A stretch of 64,000 nucleotides of DNA, from positions 94,488,001 to 94,552,000 of the forward strand of contig NC_043006.1 in NCBI RefSeq assembly GCF_006345805.1, given 5' to 3'. Origin of the DNA: Octopus sinensis (lineage: Eukaryota). Below, in pieces: positions 1-12,780 of this stretch (the first letter of the stretch is position 1; each line of letters begins with the position of its first letter). The position numbers were made by a program, and so were the translations under genes. The notes under the pieces were generated by a model. It searched no databases. It saw only the letters and a list, made by a program, of their open reading frames with translations, and had not been told where the DNA came from.

Positions 1-4
1 CGGA

Positions 5-82
5 AGGTATTTCACCAAGGTGCCACGCAGTTGGACTGAACCCGGGACCATGTGGTTGGGAAGTAGATTTCTCAACACACTG
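5..82 (-). mobile_element. SINE family A, tRNA-related head fragment
   Basis: Reverse complement matches the head of the full copies at 29053 and 39365 (aaccacatggt.ccgggttcagtcc.actgcgtggcaccttgg). Confidence 0.75.
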
Positions 83-828
83 CCGAGTATACACATGTAT
101 GTACATTATATTAATACATCGGTGTGTTTACTTACTTTTATAAAACACACGTTCACTCGCTCATTCATTTCCATGTATATGTGAATATACATATATATGC
201 AAATGAATGTATATATTTTATAAATACATATGCAGCAATGTAATCGTGTGTGTGTGTGTGTCTGCAGCTGAACTCATAACACAAATTCAGAAAACATAAA
301 AGCTGCTTGTAGACAAGTATTTATGAAAATAGCAATAAACAATCTGACTGCTGGCTGGTCAGGTGACACGGGATAATCCAATCAAGTAACACAGATTCAG
401 GAATCATAATAATAAGTCTGTATCTGCTTGATTGGTATCTGACTTTATTCTATGTACTCTAAGTTTTAAGCGCTCTCTCCTTCTTTCTATCAGCTTCTCT
501 GTCCTCCTCTCCCTTTCCCCTCACTCTCTCTCCTCTTCCCTCCTCTCTTTTTCCTTCACTCTCTTTTTCTCTACTCTTCTTTATTTTCCTCCTCTTTCCC
601 ATTAATTTCTAGATGCTGCCATTTTCTGATGACCCACCTCAACCCTTTTAAATGGTTTCTTTCGTTTATATCGAATCCGGATTCATACTTTACAGTGATA
701 AATATTTATTTTGACTCGGAGGATGTTGAAACGCGAAGCCAAATAAGCTTTAAGAGAGGATGCGTACATGGACCGAAATATCAGAAAGAATATTGTTCGA
801 CGCACAGAATTGTTGCCATAATGCATTC

Positions 829-907
<79 letters not shown>

Positions 908-960
908 ATATATATATATATATATGTATGTATATATATAAATATGTACACATATATAAC

Positions 961-3205
961 AAATTGAGAAAGAGATCCTCAAACAAAACTGGTCTGAATG
1001 TCTCTCTTCGCCAGACATCGACATGAAACTTCAACAATTTATGCCATATGCTACAAATGTGTCCCAGAGAGAAAGGCCACTGTACACAAAAACAAAATAC
1101 TCAGAGAGAGAAAAATTCTAATGAGACGGCGTACAAAAGTTTCAAATCGCCTAAACAAACAAATTGAAAGCGTGAAAAGTCCCGCCTGAAAACAAAACTG
1201 TTGGATATTGAAAAATGTCAGCAAATCTCCCATGAAAAAGAAAGAGCAGATAAAGAAGCCTGGGCTATAGACAACATAAAATCTAACCCCAGAAATTTCT
1301 ACATGTATGCCAAAGAAGCAGCTACGGTGCACTGTAGGATAGAGCCACTCCTTGAAAAGGATGGCACACTCACAGGAAATCCAACAAGGATAAGTGAAAT
1401 ACTAAATGAGGAATTCAAGAGTATCTTCACTCCACCCCTAGGGCATTTTCAAGTCAGCAATCCAACTGACTTCTTTACCACTGCAGATATAAAATCAGAG
1501 GCAGCGATGATTGATTACATCAATATAAAGGAAGACGATGTAATAAAGGCTATTGATGAAATGAAAACAAACTCAGCTACTGGCCCCGATGGATTCCCAG
1601 CAATCCTTCTAAAAGTATGTAAGAGAGTCCTAGCAAGACCACTGCAGTTCCTCTTTCAGAGCTTCCTTGCAACTGGTAAACTCCCAAGAAAACTGAAGGA
1701 AGGTAAAATATGCCCTATTCATAAAGGAGGTAGCAGAGCGGAGGTCAAGAATTACAGACCTATCTCTCTGACCTCACACATCAGCAAGGTCATGGAACGA
1801 ATAGTCAGAAGGAAACTAATCACCTTCCTTGAAGAAAATAACTTGCTGCCTGACACCCAACATGGTTTCCGACTAGGAAGAAGCTGCCTAACTCAGCTCC
1901 GACAACACTATGACTGGGTGCTGAAACGACTGCTCAACCACTCAAATGTGGAAGTCATATATCTCGACTTTGCAAAGGCCTTTGATAAAGTCGACCATGG
2001 AATGATATGTCACAAACTACGTGATCTTGGCATAGTTGGAAAATTGGGAAAATGGCTTCATAACTTTCTGAAGGATAGAAGAAGTCAGGTGGTAGTAGCC
2101 ATTAACACGCAAATAGTGAGCGGTGTTCCGCAAGGCACTGTTTTGGGACCACTACTGTTCATAATGGCCCTCTCAGACATGCCCTCAGCCACGCAGAGAG
2201 CCACGATCACAAGTTATGCAGATGATATAAAAGTTTCACAGGCAATACAGAACCCTGAAGACACTAGGCACCTGCAATATGAGCTGGACGAAATATACAA
2301 GTGGGCTGAAAAGAATAGCATGCAGTTCAATGCTGAAAAGTTTCAAGCTTTATGCTATCAGCATGCAAAACTAAATGCAATACCCAATGAACACACTGGA
2401 CCCGGAGGAATAGCAATCCCAGAGGCACAATCAGTGCGTGACCTGGGTATTCACATGAGTGATGACGCGACCTTTCATGTACATGTTGCTAAACTGACAA
2501 TGAAATGCAGACGGCTGGCTGGATGGATTCTTAGAACCTTTAGAACAAGAGAACAAGAAACCATGATGGTCGTCTGGAGGACACTTGTCCTAAGCCACTT
2601 TGACTACTGCTCTCAGTTATGGTCACCATCCAGTGTCAAGTTGATCACAGAGCTCGAGGCGATCCAACGAAGCTACACGAAGAAGATAGCCTCTGTGCAG
2701 CATATAAGCTACTGGGAAAGACTCAAGAGATTAAGACTCTATTCCTTAGAGCGTAGGCGAGAAAGATATGTCATAATATACATCTAGAAGATCCTAGAAG
2801 GACTTGTCCCAAACTTTGGCATCGAGAGTTACACAAATGCCAGAACTGGGAGCCATTGCATAGTGCCAAGGACTCCAAATTTGCCATCAAGATGTAGGAC
2901 AGGATACTGTGATAGCCTGAGCTTCCGAGGCCCACAGCTCTTCAATATCCTCTCGAAGGACCTGAGAGATCTGCATGGGGTGGATGCAGATGTCTTTAAT
3001 ACAAAAGTGGATCTCTTCCTGTCAGGTGTCTCAGATGAACCAACTTCACGGCAGGAGGTGCAGATGAGGGCAGCTGCATCGAACTCTCTCATGCACCAAA
3101 TGGCAATTGCTAAAAAGCATTTGTGAAGTAAAATCATGTAGCAACACCGAATGGCGGTGCCCCAGCACGGCCACAGCTCGTTAGCTGAAACTGGATAAAA
3201 TAAAA
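961..3205 (+). mobile_element. 5'-truncated CR1/L2-group LINE
   Basis: ORF2 remnant starts right after a (TA)n tract and runs to 3126. It is followed by a 3' tail (ggcggtgccccagcacggcc, hairpin, gaaac, A-rich) and then (TA)n. Confidence 0.9.
1201..3126 (+). pseudogene. LINE ORF2 reverse transcriptase, disrupted
   Basis: Non-LTR RT motifs: ATGPDGFP, NYRPISLTS, QHGFR, YLDFAKAFDKV, GVPQGTVLGP, YADD. An in-frame TAG at 2785-2787 interrupts the frame, which continues with ORF2-like C-terminal sequence (FRGPQLFNIL...DEPT...SNSL) to 3126. Confidence 0.92.
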
Positions 3206-3216
3206 TAAAAAAAAAT

Positions 3217-3264
<48 letters not shown>

Positions 3265-3325
3265 AGTAGAAATATTATTTCTGAATCTCTCAAAGAGAGA
3301 CATTCAGTAACAGTTGTTTAAAATA

Positions 3326-3641
3326 AATGCTATTTGCCAACACAATGTGGCTGTCCAGAAAAGGGCCGATGTTACTGTTGTTTTAGGCCCAAGAAGCATG
3401 TTCGAGCGGTGATTTCAGCAACGCCATCTGGCCACGCAGCTACTGTGTGTTGATAAAGTGCAATAACCCAGAAACTAGTCCACGGTTGTTGTTTTGTGCA
3501 AGATAGAAGTGGTCCCTGTTCGAAAATATAAGGACACAGAAAGAGCGTTTTATAGCCAGCTAGAAACGATGTTTCTTTGGGCTAAAACAACAGTAACATC
3601 GTCCCTTCCAGGACAGCCACATTATGTTGGCAAATAGCCTT
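3326..3641. mobile_element. MITE with ~75-bp terminal inverted repeats
   Basis: The left end gctatttgccaacacaatgtggctgtcc...gttactgttgttttag is mirrored at 3565-3638. TA flanks both ends (3324-3325, 3642-3643). Confidence 0.8.
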
Positions 3642-3647
3642 TACTTA

Positions 3648-3783
<136 letters not shown>

Positions 3784-3987
3784 TATATATATATGTACGT
3801 ATGGGTATGTGTTTGTGTACGTCAAAACAGAGCATTGAGAATGAGTGCTCAACACCGAATTGGTGGATAAATATTCGTTAGTCGTGTGCTAATATGGTTA
3901 CCAAGAGTTTCATGTTGAAGGAAAATCATAATTATCAAGTCTGCCACATTGGATCGTTGGTATTCGTCTCCATTGAATTAAGAATAC

Positions 3988-4020
<33 letters not shown>

Positions 4021-4134
4021 ATTTCGGAATGGTCACTGTGCCAGTTTAGCCAATAAAACCACACGCACTATATATTTGGTGTTACTTTGCTTCAGTGTTA
4101 TTTATTTTTTACATTAAACTTAATCTTATTTCGG

Positions 4135-4174
4135 CCAGAGTTCTTTCGTCACACTCCTGCGACCGCATCAGTGG
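4135..4174 (-). ncRNA. Hammerhead-like motif with A9C core variant
   Basis: Minus strand reads CCA CTGATGC G GTCGC-AGGAGT-GTGAC GAAA GAAC TC/TGG. Stem I is CCA/TGG, stem II has 5 bp, stem III is minimal. Confidence 0.45.
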
Positions 4175-4404
4175 TCCTTTGCTTTCTTCTTTCTTATTTG
4201 TGTGTCTCTCCTTACTAACCGTCAACCATTTTGTATTTCTATTGCATGTGTCTTCATTTGCGCATGCGTATATCTCTATGTGCGTCTATGTTTAGTTAGT
4301 TTGTGTGTGAGGGGGATGCCTGTATTATTTGTATCTTCTGTTTATATACGTTCGTGTAATTTGTTTTTGTTTATTCTTATTTTGTTCATGTGTTTACATC
4401 CACT

Positions 4405-4438
4405 TATTATTATTATTATTATATTATTATTATTATTA

Positions 4439-4483
<45 letters not shown>

Positions 4484-4485
4484 CA

Positions 4486-4516
<31 letters not shown>

Positions 4517-4620
4517 TATTATGTATGCTTGTATGTATGTATGTATGTATGTATGTATGTATGTATAACAACAATACTAGTAATAACAATAATAATGATA
4601 ATAATAATAATAATAAATTA
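4405..4620. repeat. Compound (ATT)n/(TATG)n/(AAT)n microsatellite
   Basis: Direct inspection. Confidence 0.95.
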
Positions 4621-4930
4621 AAAAAAAAGAAAAAATATATATAAAAATTAATTTTTAATTACAAAATTTTTTTAAAGTAAAAAAACCTATATAGTTTTTT
4701 ACTAGCACACACCACAACATATGACAGAAGAGGATCCCCATAAACTGGTTACAATATAAACGAAACTGGAAACATAATAAAATAAAATACACTGATAAAT
4801 AAACAAATGGAAGTAAATAACTATATAGGTTTTTTTTTACTTTAAAAAAATTTTGTAATTTAAAATTTTTTTTATATATATTTTTTCTATTTTTAATTTA
4901 ATTTTTTAATTATTGTTATTATTGTTATTA

Positions 4931-5400
4931 CTAATCAAGTGAGTTCCAGTCTGGGGAGATAGGTGGCCAGACGTTAGGGGTGATGCGATCGCAGAAATTG
5001 CCTGACAGCGATGACTGCTCGTCTGGCATGGTACAGAGTCTTGTTGCCAGACATAGGTTCTTCCAGCAGCCAGCCACCCACTTGAGCCAGGGCAGCATTA
5101 CCTCCTCCAGGCACTTGATGTAGGCCTTCGTGTTGAATCCGAGGCCATTTTGGAAGATGAATGAAGGCATAACATCACCATCACTAGTGATCACTCCAAA
5201 CACCATGATGTTGACTGGATGTTTGATTTTTATCATCTGATCCTATAGAACATTTTTCTCGTCTGAGAAAAATCAAAGTATGTTCAGTTGGAGAGGATGC
5301 TTGAGTTTGTTCAAAAGATTTGTAGCGCGGTCTTTTTTCTTGTCTTTGAAGGCTTGGAATAAAAACTGGCATCGTTTATCCGACGGTCAGGAACGAGCTT
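4931..5400 (-). pseudogene. Tc1/mariner-superfamily (maT/DD37D-like) transposase remnant
   Basis: Frameshifted FFSDEKN, VMVFGVITSDGDVMP.FIF and WPPISPDWNSLD motifs. Confidence 0.85.
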
Positions 5401-5690
5401 GTGATTTATCCCCTCATAATTCCGCCAGACGCAAATCGTTACCTTGTGATTGAAACGTCCCGTGTTTGGGAACAATTTCAGGAATTTAACCATTCCTTCA
5501 TCACACCTTATACACTTTAGAGTTACGGACGAATATCTCCCTCGTATTATTCCTTGTTCCAAGCCATTTTCTCACTTCCTGCGCTCGCGACACTTCATCA
5601 ACCAAGAGGTGGTGGAAGTTTCAGTAAAAGAGTTCTTCACCTCGAACGACAAGAACTGGCAGAAAGGTGGCTTCAGGTACTTCAAAAATG
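5400..5690 (+). pseudogene. mariner transposase C-terminal remnant
   Basis: FSHFLRSRHFINQEVVEVSVKEFFTSNDKNW resembles the mariner C-terminus that follows the YSPDL motif. Confidence 0.65.
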
Positions 5691-5769
5691 ATTGCTTCTG
5701 CTTTAGATGCTCGGTTGTTTGTTTGCAACTTGAAGAAAAAAGCAAATAAGTATTAATTCCAAATTTTGA

Positions 5770-5991
5770 GACAAGGCCAGCAATTTCGGTGCAGTGAGAT
5801 AAATCGATTACATCGGCCCCTGTACGCAACTGGCACATACTTTATCAACCTCAAAATAATGAAAAGCAAAGTCGTCCTCTGCGCAATTTGAACTCATAAC
5901 GAAAAGGTAGAATATGAACGAAGGTCAAACTGAAAAGATGGTGCTATGCAATTTGTACGGCGTGCTAACGATTCTGCCAGCTCACCGCCTC
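5770..5991 (-). mobile_element. SINE family C (tRNA head ggcgg.gagctggcagaatcgttagcacgcc)
   Basis: Homologous to 26227-26421, 17745-17925 and 56660-56770. A-box and B-box-like motifs are present in the head. Confidence 0.8.
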
Positions 5992-6905
5992 AACTTATCA
6001 AACTATTGCAAAACGTTTGACCTAACCCAATGCATACATACATACATATATATGGATGTATAAATAAATATATATACACATATACATGTATACATGTGTA
6101 TAGAAACATATATATATATAATATTAGGGAGTATAACTCCAAACTTACAGGGAAAAATTCTAGTTAGTATTAAATCAAATTTCACAAATTTGCATAATAG
6201 TGGTTTTATCTCTAATTTATATATATATATATATATATGAAATTAGAAAAAAACACCTTTTATCAATTCAAAATGAACAATTAAATTACACCGCCTAGAA
6301 AATTACATATAATAGAAATATTAAAATTAAAATAGCAATAAAATACCAAAGATGAAGTAAATTGCAAAAAAATTAAATAATAAAAACGTATATAATTGGT
6401 AGAATAATGTCACGTGTTTCGTAGCTATATTTAAGAAATGATTATAGTAAAAAAATTAATAGTAGTAGTAAAATCACTTCGATATAAATATACCCACTCA
6501 TCAGGTTAACAATAAACTAGAATAATAAAATAATTAATGAATTAATATACTTTAATATATATATATATAATACTAAATATACATTAAGTGAAAACTAAAA
6601 CAATACTTAAATTATTAAATACTTTAAAATTAATTGATATACAAAATGCGAGTACAAGTCATTATATTGTAATCAAAATAAGAAATGGTTCAAATATAGA
6701 CAAACTCATTAAATAAGCTAACTATATAATTAATATACATGTGTATTATGTATAGATTTAATATATCAATCTATAATATAGTTGACTAAATATAAATTAA
6801 TATAATACCTAATTATCTTAAAATTTAATACTACATAATAATATACCACCTAATAATTAAATAATATTGTCTAACAAAATTAATTCTCAAATAAATTAAA
6901 TGTAA

Positions 6906-6995
<90 letters not shown>

Positions 6996-7017
6996 ATATT
7001 ATATATATATATATTTA

Positions 7018-7306
7018 ATGTAGTATGAATTTTTTTCGAAAAGAAATTTTATCAATGGCCAGCATTGGTGTGAGTAAGTATCTCATTTATTTCTCTGCCA
7101 CATTTATCACTGACGAAGGGAGGGTTCTTACGAACTAACCCTGAAATCGGTCCGATATGGTAATAATGGAATTTTTTAGAAATTTCTGTCGACCTTTTTT
7201 GAGTAACGTGCGTATTGTAAAAAAATTATAATGATTATGGACAATGTGTCTAATTTCGGCAAATTTGGCATTAGAAATTTTTACGTTCGCCCTTATTTAT
7301 AAGTTG
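7018..7306 (+). mobile_element. Short HHR-bearing element (family H1), copy 1, with inverted 3' tail at its 5' end
   Basis: Homologous to 48394-48757 and 57110-57428. Bases 7018-7065 are the reverse complement of the family's 3' tail. Flanked by (TA)n. Confidence 0.8.
7098..7169 (+). ncRNA. Type I hammerhead ribozyme, intact core
   Basis: CTGACGA 7110-7116; stem II AGGG/CCCT with inner GTTC-TTAC-GAAC hairpin; GAAA 7143-7146; stem III ATCGG-T-CCGAT; UA cleavage site at 7157/7158; stem I TTATCA/TGGTAA, then a 3x3 internal loop and CCA/TGG. Confidence 0.85.
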
Positions 7307-8564
7307 TATACATATATATATTTATATATATATTAAAAAATCTAAATAAATAGATATAAGAATTAATATCTATCGTAACTTATATCTATCAATACAATTA
7401 AAACTGATACAATGGCGAGAATTATTTGCTAATGGAAACTAAGAAACATTTCAGCCCCCAAATTAAAGAAAGGTGCAAAAAAAGTATTAGAACCAATGAA
7501 CAATACACTATGAAGATTTTCAATCAGAAACATCAGACCACTACAAATCCAGTCAATAACAACAATCAAACTAAAAATAATAACATGTGTATGCGTGTGT
7601 ATGTTTGTATAAGTGTGTGACTGTATGCGTACATGTGTATCTGTCTGCGTATGAATGTATATGTAAATGTTACATAGTAACAATGATATTTGTTTCTGAT
7701 ACAAGAATAAGGTCAGGAAATTTTAAGGGAGATGATCACTCATTTATGTCGGCGTCAGTGCTTGACGGGTTCCTCAATTTATGGCTCCCGAAGGGGCGCT
7801 AGGTACAGCTAACTTCCTGTATTTGAACTTTGTGCGTAAAGGATCGCAACGAATGCTGCTAATTTCTTTCTTTTTTATGCAACCATTCATTTATTCTGCC
7901 TGCGAGATCTATGCTTCTGTAATAACAAAATAGGCAACTCTGAAAAATGTGTGTGTGTGTACAACCTTGTATACATACCTAAATACATACACACAAATAC
8001 ACGCACACACACATGCACATTTGAACATTTGTGTGTGCGGGGCAAGTCTATGGTTGTGGAGGGAGTGAGTGAGAGAGAGAAAGAGAGAGTAAGAGAAGTA
8101 AAGAAAGAGAGAGAGAGAAAGAGAGGAGAGGTGTAAAGAGAGAAGTGTGATGAAGGCGATTAAACGAAATTGCTCGATAGTGAAATTGAAATTAGATTCA
8201 TGTCTTCTGGGAAACTAAACTTCAGAAATCGTTTCACTTTCCAATAAACAAAACCCCATCATACACACCGAACCTCCCGCCAAACATTGACTGAAGCAAG
8301 AAAAAAAAATATATATGGAACAGAAACGCAATAGAGGGCATTAAATAAGAAGGACAGGCAAAAAAAAATACGGGGTATTCTTGGCCTTCCAACATCAGTC
8401 AAGTCCCAGAAGTCTCGACCATTTCGGGCAGTTACACTTGAGATGGTTTGATCTGGTTGCTTCTAAAAATGTCCAAGCCAAGAGCATTAGACCCCTTTGT
8501 AAGAAAGCCAGCGAATGTACACGGCAACAAGGACGGAAAAAAAACTAATAAAGTTAGATAGATA

Positions 8565-8611
<47 letters not shown>

Positions 8612-8689
8612 GCATATATATATATGTATCCGCATGTGAATCGTTGGCGATTTTCTTCCTCCGTCTTCCTTTCTATTCGACTTTCCTCT

Positions 8690-8724
8690 GTTTCTGACGA
8701 AGAGCTTTGCTCGAAACGTAAAAC
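8690..8724 (+). ncRNA. Minimal type I hammerhead ribozyme (PLE type, family H2)
   Basis: GTTT CTGACGA A GAGC-TTT-GCTC GAAACGTA/AAAC. The palindromic ACGT stem III suggests dimer-type cleavage. Predicted cut at 8720/8721. Confidence 0.75.
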
Positions 8725-9064
8725 TACTTTTCTTTCCTTCCCTGAGCGTCTGCTAATACTTTACATGTACCACGTCCTCGCGTTGTGTTGTGTTTTTGCT
8801 TGTGTTTATTCTTCTTTTTTTTGGGGGGGATTTACTATATATATATATATATAGTACGTTTATTGGCTAAACTGGCATTATGACCATTCCGAAATATAAC
8901 AATGTATATATATATATATATATATGCATATGTATATATATGTATGTGTATATATATATATGTATATATGTATATGTATATATATGTATATATATATAAT
9001 ATATGCATATACATACATACATATATATACATACATACATATACATATACATATATATACATGT

Positions 9065-9275
9065 GGATGTGGGTTTCTTTAAAACTAAACTGGATCTCTT
9101 CTTGTTGGGAGTCCCAGATGAACCTACCTCACGACAGGAGACACGGATGCGGGCAGCAGCATCGAACTCCCTTGTTGATCAAGTGCCACGTATCAGAGGT
9201 GGATTCACAAACTAGTGTAGCTCATTCAGCGGTGGTGCCCCAGCATGGCCGCGGCCTTCGGGCTAAAACATTTTT
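9065..9275 (+). mobile_element. 3'-end fragment of a CR1-group LINE related to 961-3205
   Basis: [32 protein letters not shown] parallels the C-terminus at 3000-3120, and the same tail motif follows. Confidence 0.85.
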
Positions 9276-10729
9276 AAGGATTTATATATATATATATATA
9301 TATATAATTCATTCATTCAGTCATTCATTATCTATAACCATATATGTCTGTATATTTATATCTATATACGTATAAAATGAAATTAAAAAACAGAATACAA
9401 AAGATGTCACGGTACACGTGTTTCAAGCTTTATACAACAACCTATTCTTACATCAATGTATAATCGACATAACAGATGGTTTAAAGCTCTCTTCAGCCGC
9501 ATGCAATTGCTATACCAAAGACTACCATCACATTATGGTGGATATATTGAGTTTCACTAAGAAAGTATGTTTGTAAATCTTCATAATCAAATAGGTGTGT
9601 AGGGTATCATTGGACTTCAAAAACCCGTCCCTACTCTATCATCAGCCAACATAGAATGAATGTTGAGTAGATTCGAGTGGGTTCATTCCTCTTGTAAGGG
9701 AAGGAAATAAGGAGAAGTGAAGGTGGAGAAAAAGAAGAAATAGAAAAAATAGAAAAAAAGAAATAGGGAGAGTATGGAGAGGAAAGAAAAGAGAAAGAGA
9801 GGAAAGTGGGAAGAAAAAGAAGGGGAAGAGGAGGAAAAAATGGAGAAAAAGGTAATAATGTTGCGATCCTACATGAAAAATATAAATATAAATGAATATA
9901 ATACAATAAAATATAATAAAATATAAAAGATATAAAAATATAAAAAAATATAAAGAAATATAAAAAACGTAAGGTATAAAAACCGTAAATTATAGAAATG
10001 TAGATAATCAGAAGTAATTTATAACACTTACCGCAGCATCAAAACCCAAATCTCAAACATTTTAACATCTTATCTCTCTATCTTAATTCTTTTGTCTTTA
10101 CGATCACTTTATATCTTTTATTTTTATTTAATTTTATTTACTTTATTTTTTGTATATTTTACATTTTTACAAAACATTTTTATATATAAGGGTCTAATCC
10201 CTTTCTTTTTTTCTTTTGTTGGGACAAAAGAGAATTTACAGTAAAAACAAACCTTCAGCTCTCCCTCCAGCGTAAAAATTACTTTAAAAAATATTTAAAA
10301 AGGGAAAAACGTGAGAAAAAATTAAATTAAATTAACGAAAGACAAAAACATGAGCTTTCTCGCACATAAACACATTTGTTCACATATATACAAACACATA
10401 CGCAGACGCAAATATTGAAGGACTAAATAGCACAACAAATAATATTTAACCATGTGGAGCATTTTACATGCATATCAATATTCTAAAGTTAGACCTACTA
10501 TTCCTTATCCTAAAGCTACTTACAGATAACGAAGAAAAGTCCCTGACTCATTTCTCCGTCTACTTTCAATCTTTGATTGTGATTCGGCTTAACCCACACT
10601 TTCTCAGATTCTGTCTGCTGTTATCTACACCTACAAAGATTGCAGCTGTTTTTTTCCTGCTTTTAACTATCAGAATTATCGTAGAACCCCTGGCAGCTAC
10701 AAAAGATTGTTTTTCTCAACCATCTATCA

Positions 10730-11986
10730 TGTCGTCCAAGCCTGGCTCAGCTGCCTACAAATCGAAACTGAGATCTGCGAAAAGGACTCGTTCTGCTGAT
10801 CCTATTTTGGAAAATTCAGTTAATAAGGCGATCAGTGATATCAAGCTTTCACATGAAGACCCTGAAATCAAGATTTCTCATCAAGGAGATGGTCTTACTA
10901 ACAAACATCTCAATGAGCACCTTAAGTCTGTTGTTGCTGAATTACAGAATAAAGAAACTGAATCCTATTCAAAGTCTCCTATTGACGCAGAGCCACCCTT
11001 GATTTCTTCCATAAAGACTTTCAAACTGAAGGGATCAAAATCGAAGCGGTCAAAGAAGGCGAAAGAACCGGCGGTCGTTTCCACTTATGATCCTATCTGT
11101 GCGGATTCTTCCTCATCTGCCATTTCGGTCCCGGAGGTTCCCCAACTTGAATTGAGGAGTGTAGACTCAAACCCACCTGAAGACCGTTGTTCTCCCAAAA
11201 AGAAGAAACGTAGTCAAAACTCCGGTGGGGCAGATATTAGCTGTGAAAACTGCTCAAGATCAAATCTGTTTGGATTCTCCCTCATTTGTCCTTCCCAGCA
11301 ATGCCATTGCTCAACCAATTCTGAATGATCTTGATGTGAGTTCATCTGAGGAGTGGTGCTCTTCCAAAACGAAGAAGAGGCAGTGCAGTTCCAAACCAGG
11401 CGGGAAAGTTATGACCACTAAACCCATTCCGATCGACCCAAACGGCCTACATAAGTCTGATGGCTACGAAACCGCCCTTTCTAATTTATCCGATGAAGAT
11501 TCGAATGCCGCAGTTCACAGTAGAGAACAGAATGACCATTTTACACACTCAAGATCAGCAATCATTTACGGTAAAGCTGAATTCACCGGTGATACAGGCA
11601 TAAAACGCCTAAAAGATGACATAAATTTTGTTTCCGTTTTAGTTGGAGAATTGTTCTCTGTCAACGAAAATGTCAGTATCCATAAGGTCGCTCGGCTAGG
11701 AAGATTCCAAGTGAACTCAACCTCAGACACTAGAGTAATCTTTTCTTCCGATCAGGAGGCTTCAACCTTTCTGAACAGAGCTCAGAAGCATGCCCGGGAG
11801 GAACCCAATATGGGTTATCGTGAGGAAAACTCACTGAGCGAGAGAGAGGATTCGTCGGAGAAACCTGATATCCGAGCTGAAGATGAGAAAACAGATGGGA
11901 GAGAAGGGTTTACGCATTCAAGATGGACAAATAATCAAGTCCTACCTCTGGTCGCATGCTGTAGTGCTGACAGGGGAAGTGAATAG
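10730..11986 (+). pseudogene. LINE ORF1-like region, frameshifted
   Basis: Two overlapping ORFs (10468-11328, 11225-11986). The distal part (AIIYGKAE...VARLGR...RVIF) resembles CR1-type ORF1, and it lies directly upstream of the endonuclease. Confidence 0.6.
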
Positions 11987-12079
11987 AGGGCGAATCGAAG
12001 TAAAGTAGATACCCCCGACAACGATGCTATCTCTGATACCCCTTATTCTGCTTGTTCCCTAATTCCCGCCCCTCAAACT

Positions 12080-12780
12080 TCACAACTCAGCATCGTCTAT
12101 ACCAACTCGTGCTCCTTACTTCCAAAGTTAAGCGAATTATTTACACTGGCAATGCGTGATTCCCTAGATGTGAAAGCTATCACCGAGACTTGGCTGACTC
12201 CAGCAGTAAAGGACTCGGAAATCCACCTACAGGGCTACGCCCTCTTCAGATGTGATAGAGAAAAAAGGCCAGGTGGAGGTGTTGCTGTGTATGTCAAATC
12301 TGATCTCAAACCGTCCAGCTGTATTCTACCCACTAATGCTCAACCTACAACAAAATTCGATGCCGTCTATTGCAAGCTGAGCCTATCCGGGTTTTGCCTG
12401 CCCGTGTTAGCTGTCTACAGGCCGCCTCTTGCCTACCCCCAGGATGATGCTCATTTACTCGAAGCGATAAGATTCGTTTCATCTTCTCATGAATGTTTGA
12501 TATTAGGAGACATCAACGATCCCACGATCGACTGGCCCGCATCCATTTGTACATCATCTTCCGGGTTCGGCCAGGCCCTTCTTGACGTGGCTGAAGATTG
12601 TTTTATATCGCAACATGTTGAATCTCCGACAAGGCATCTGTCTGGGCAGCAGTCATCTATGCTGGATTTGGTATTCTCCCGCTATCCAAGATCAGTGTCA
12701 GGCTTATCTGTGTGCGCCCCTCTTGCCAAGAGCGATCACGCAGTCCTGAAGTTCGACATGCGTATCCGTGGAATAAGCTG
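12080..12780 (+). pseudogene. LINE ORF2 apurinic-like endonuclease domain
   Basis: YTNS.SL, AITETWL, FRCDR, GGGVAVYVK, ILGDIN, PTR, LDLVF and SDH motifs. Confidence 0.92.

Noticed and set aside
1201-2787. 528-aa ORF as an active gene or domesticated RT
   Set aside because: It starts at TTG within a 5'-truncated LINE, lacks the endonuclease, and has a premature stop before the C-terminus.
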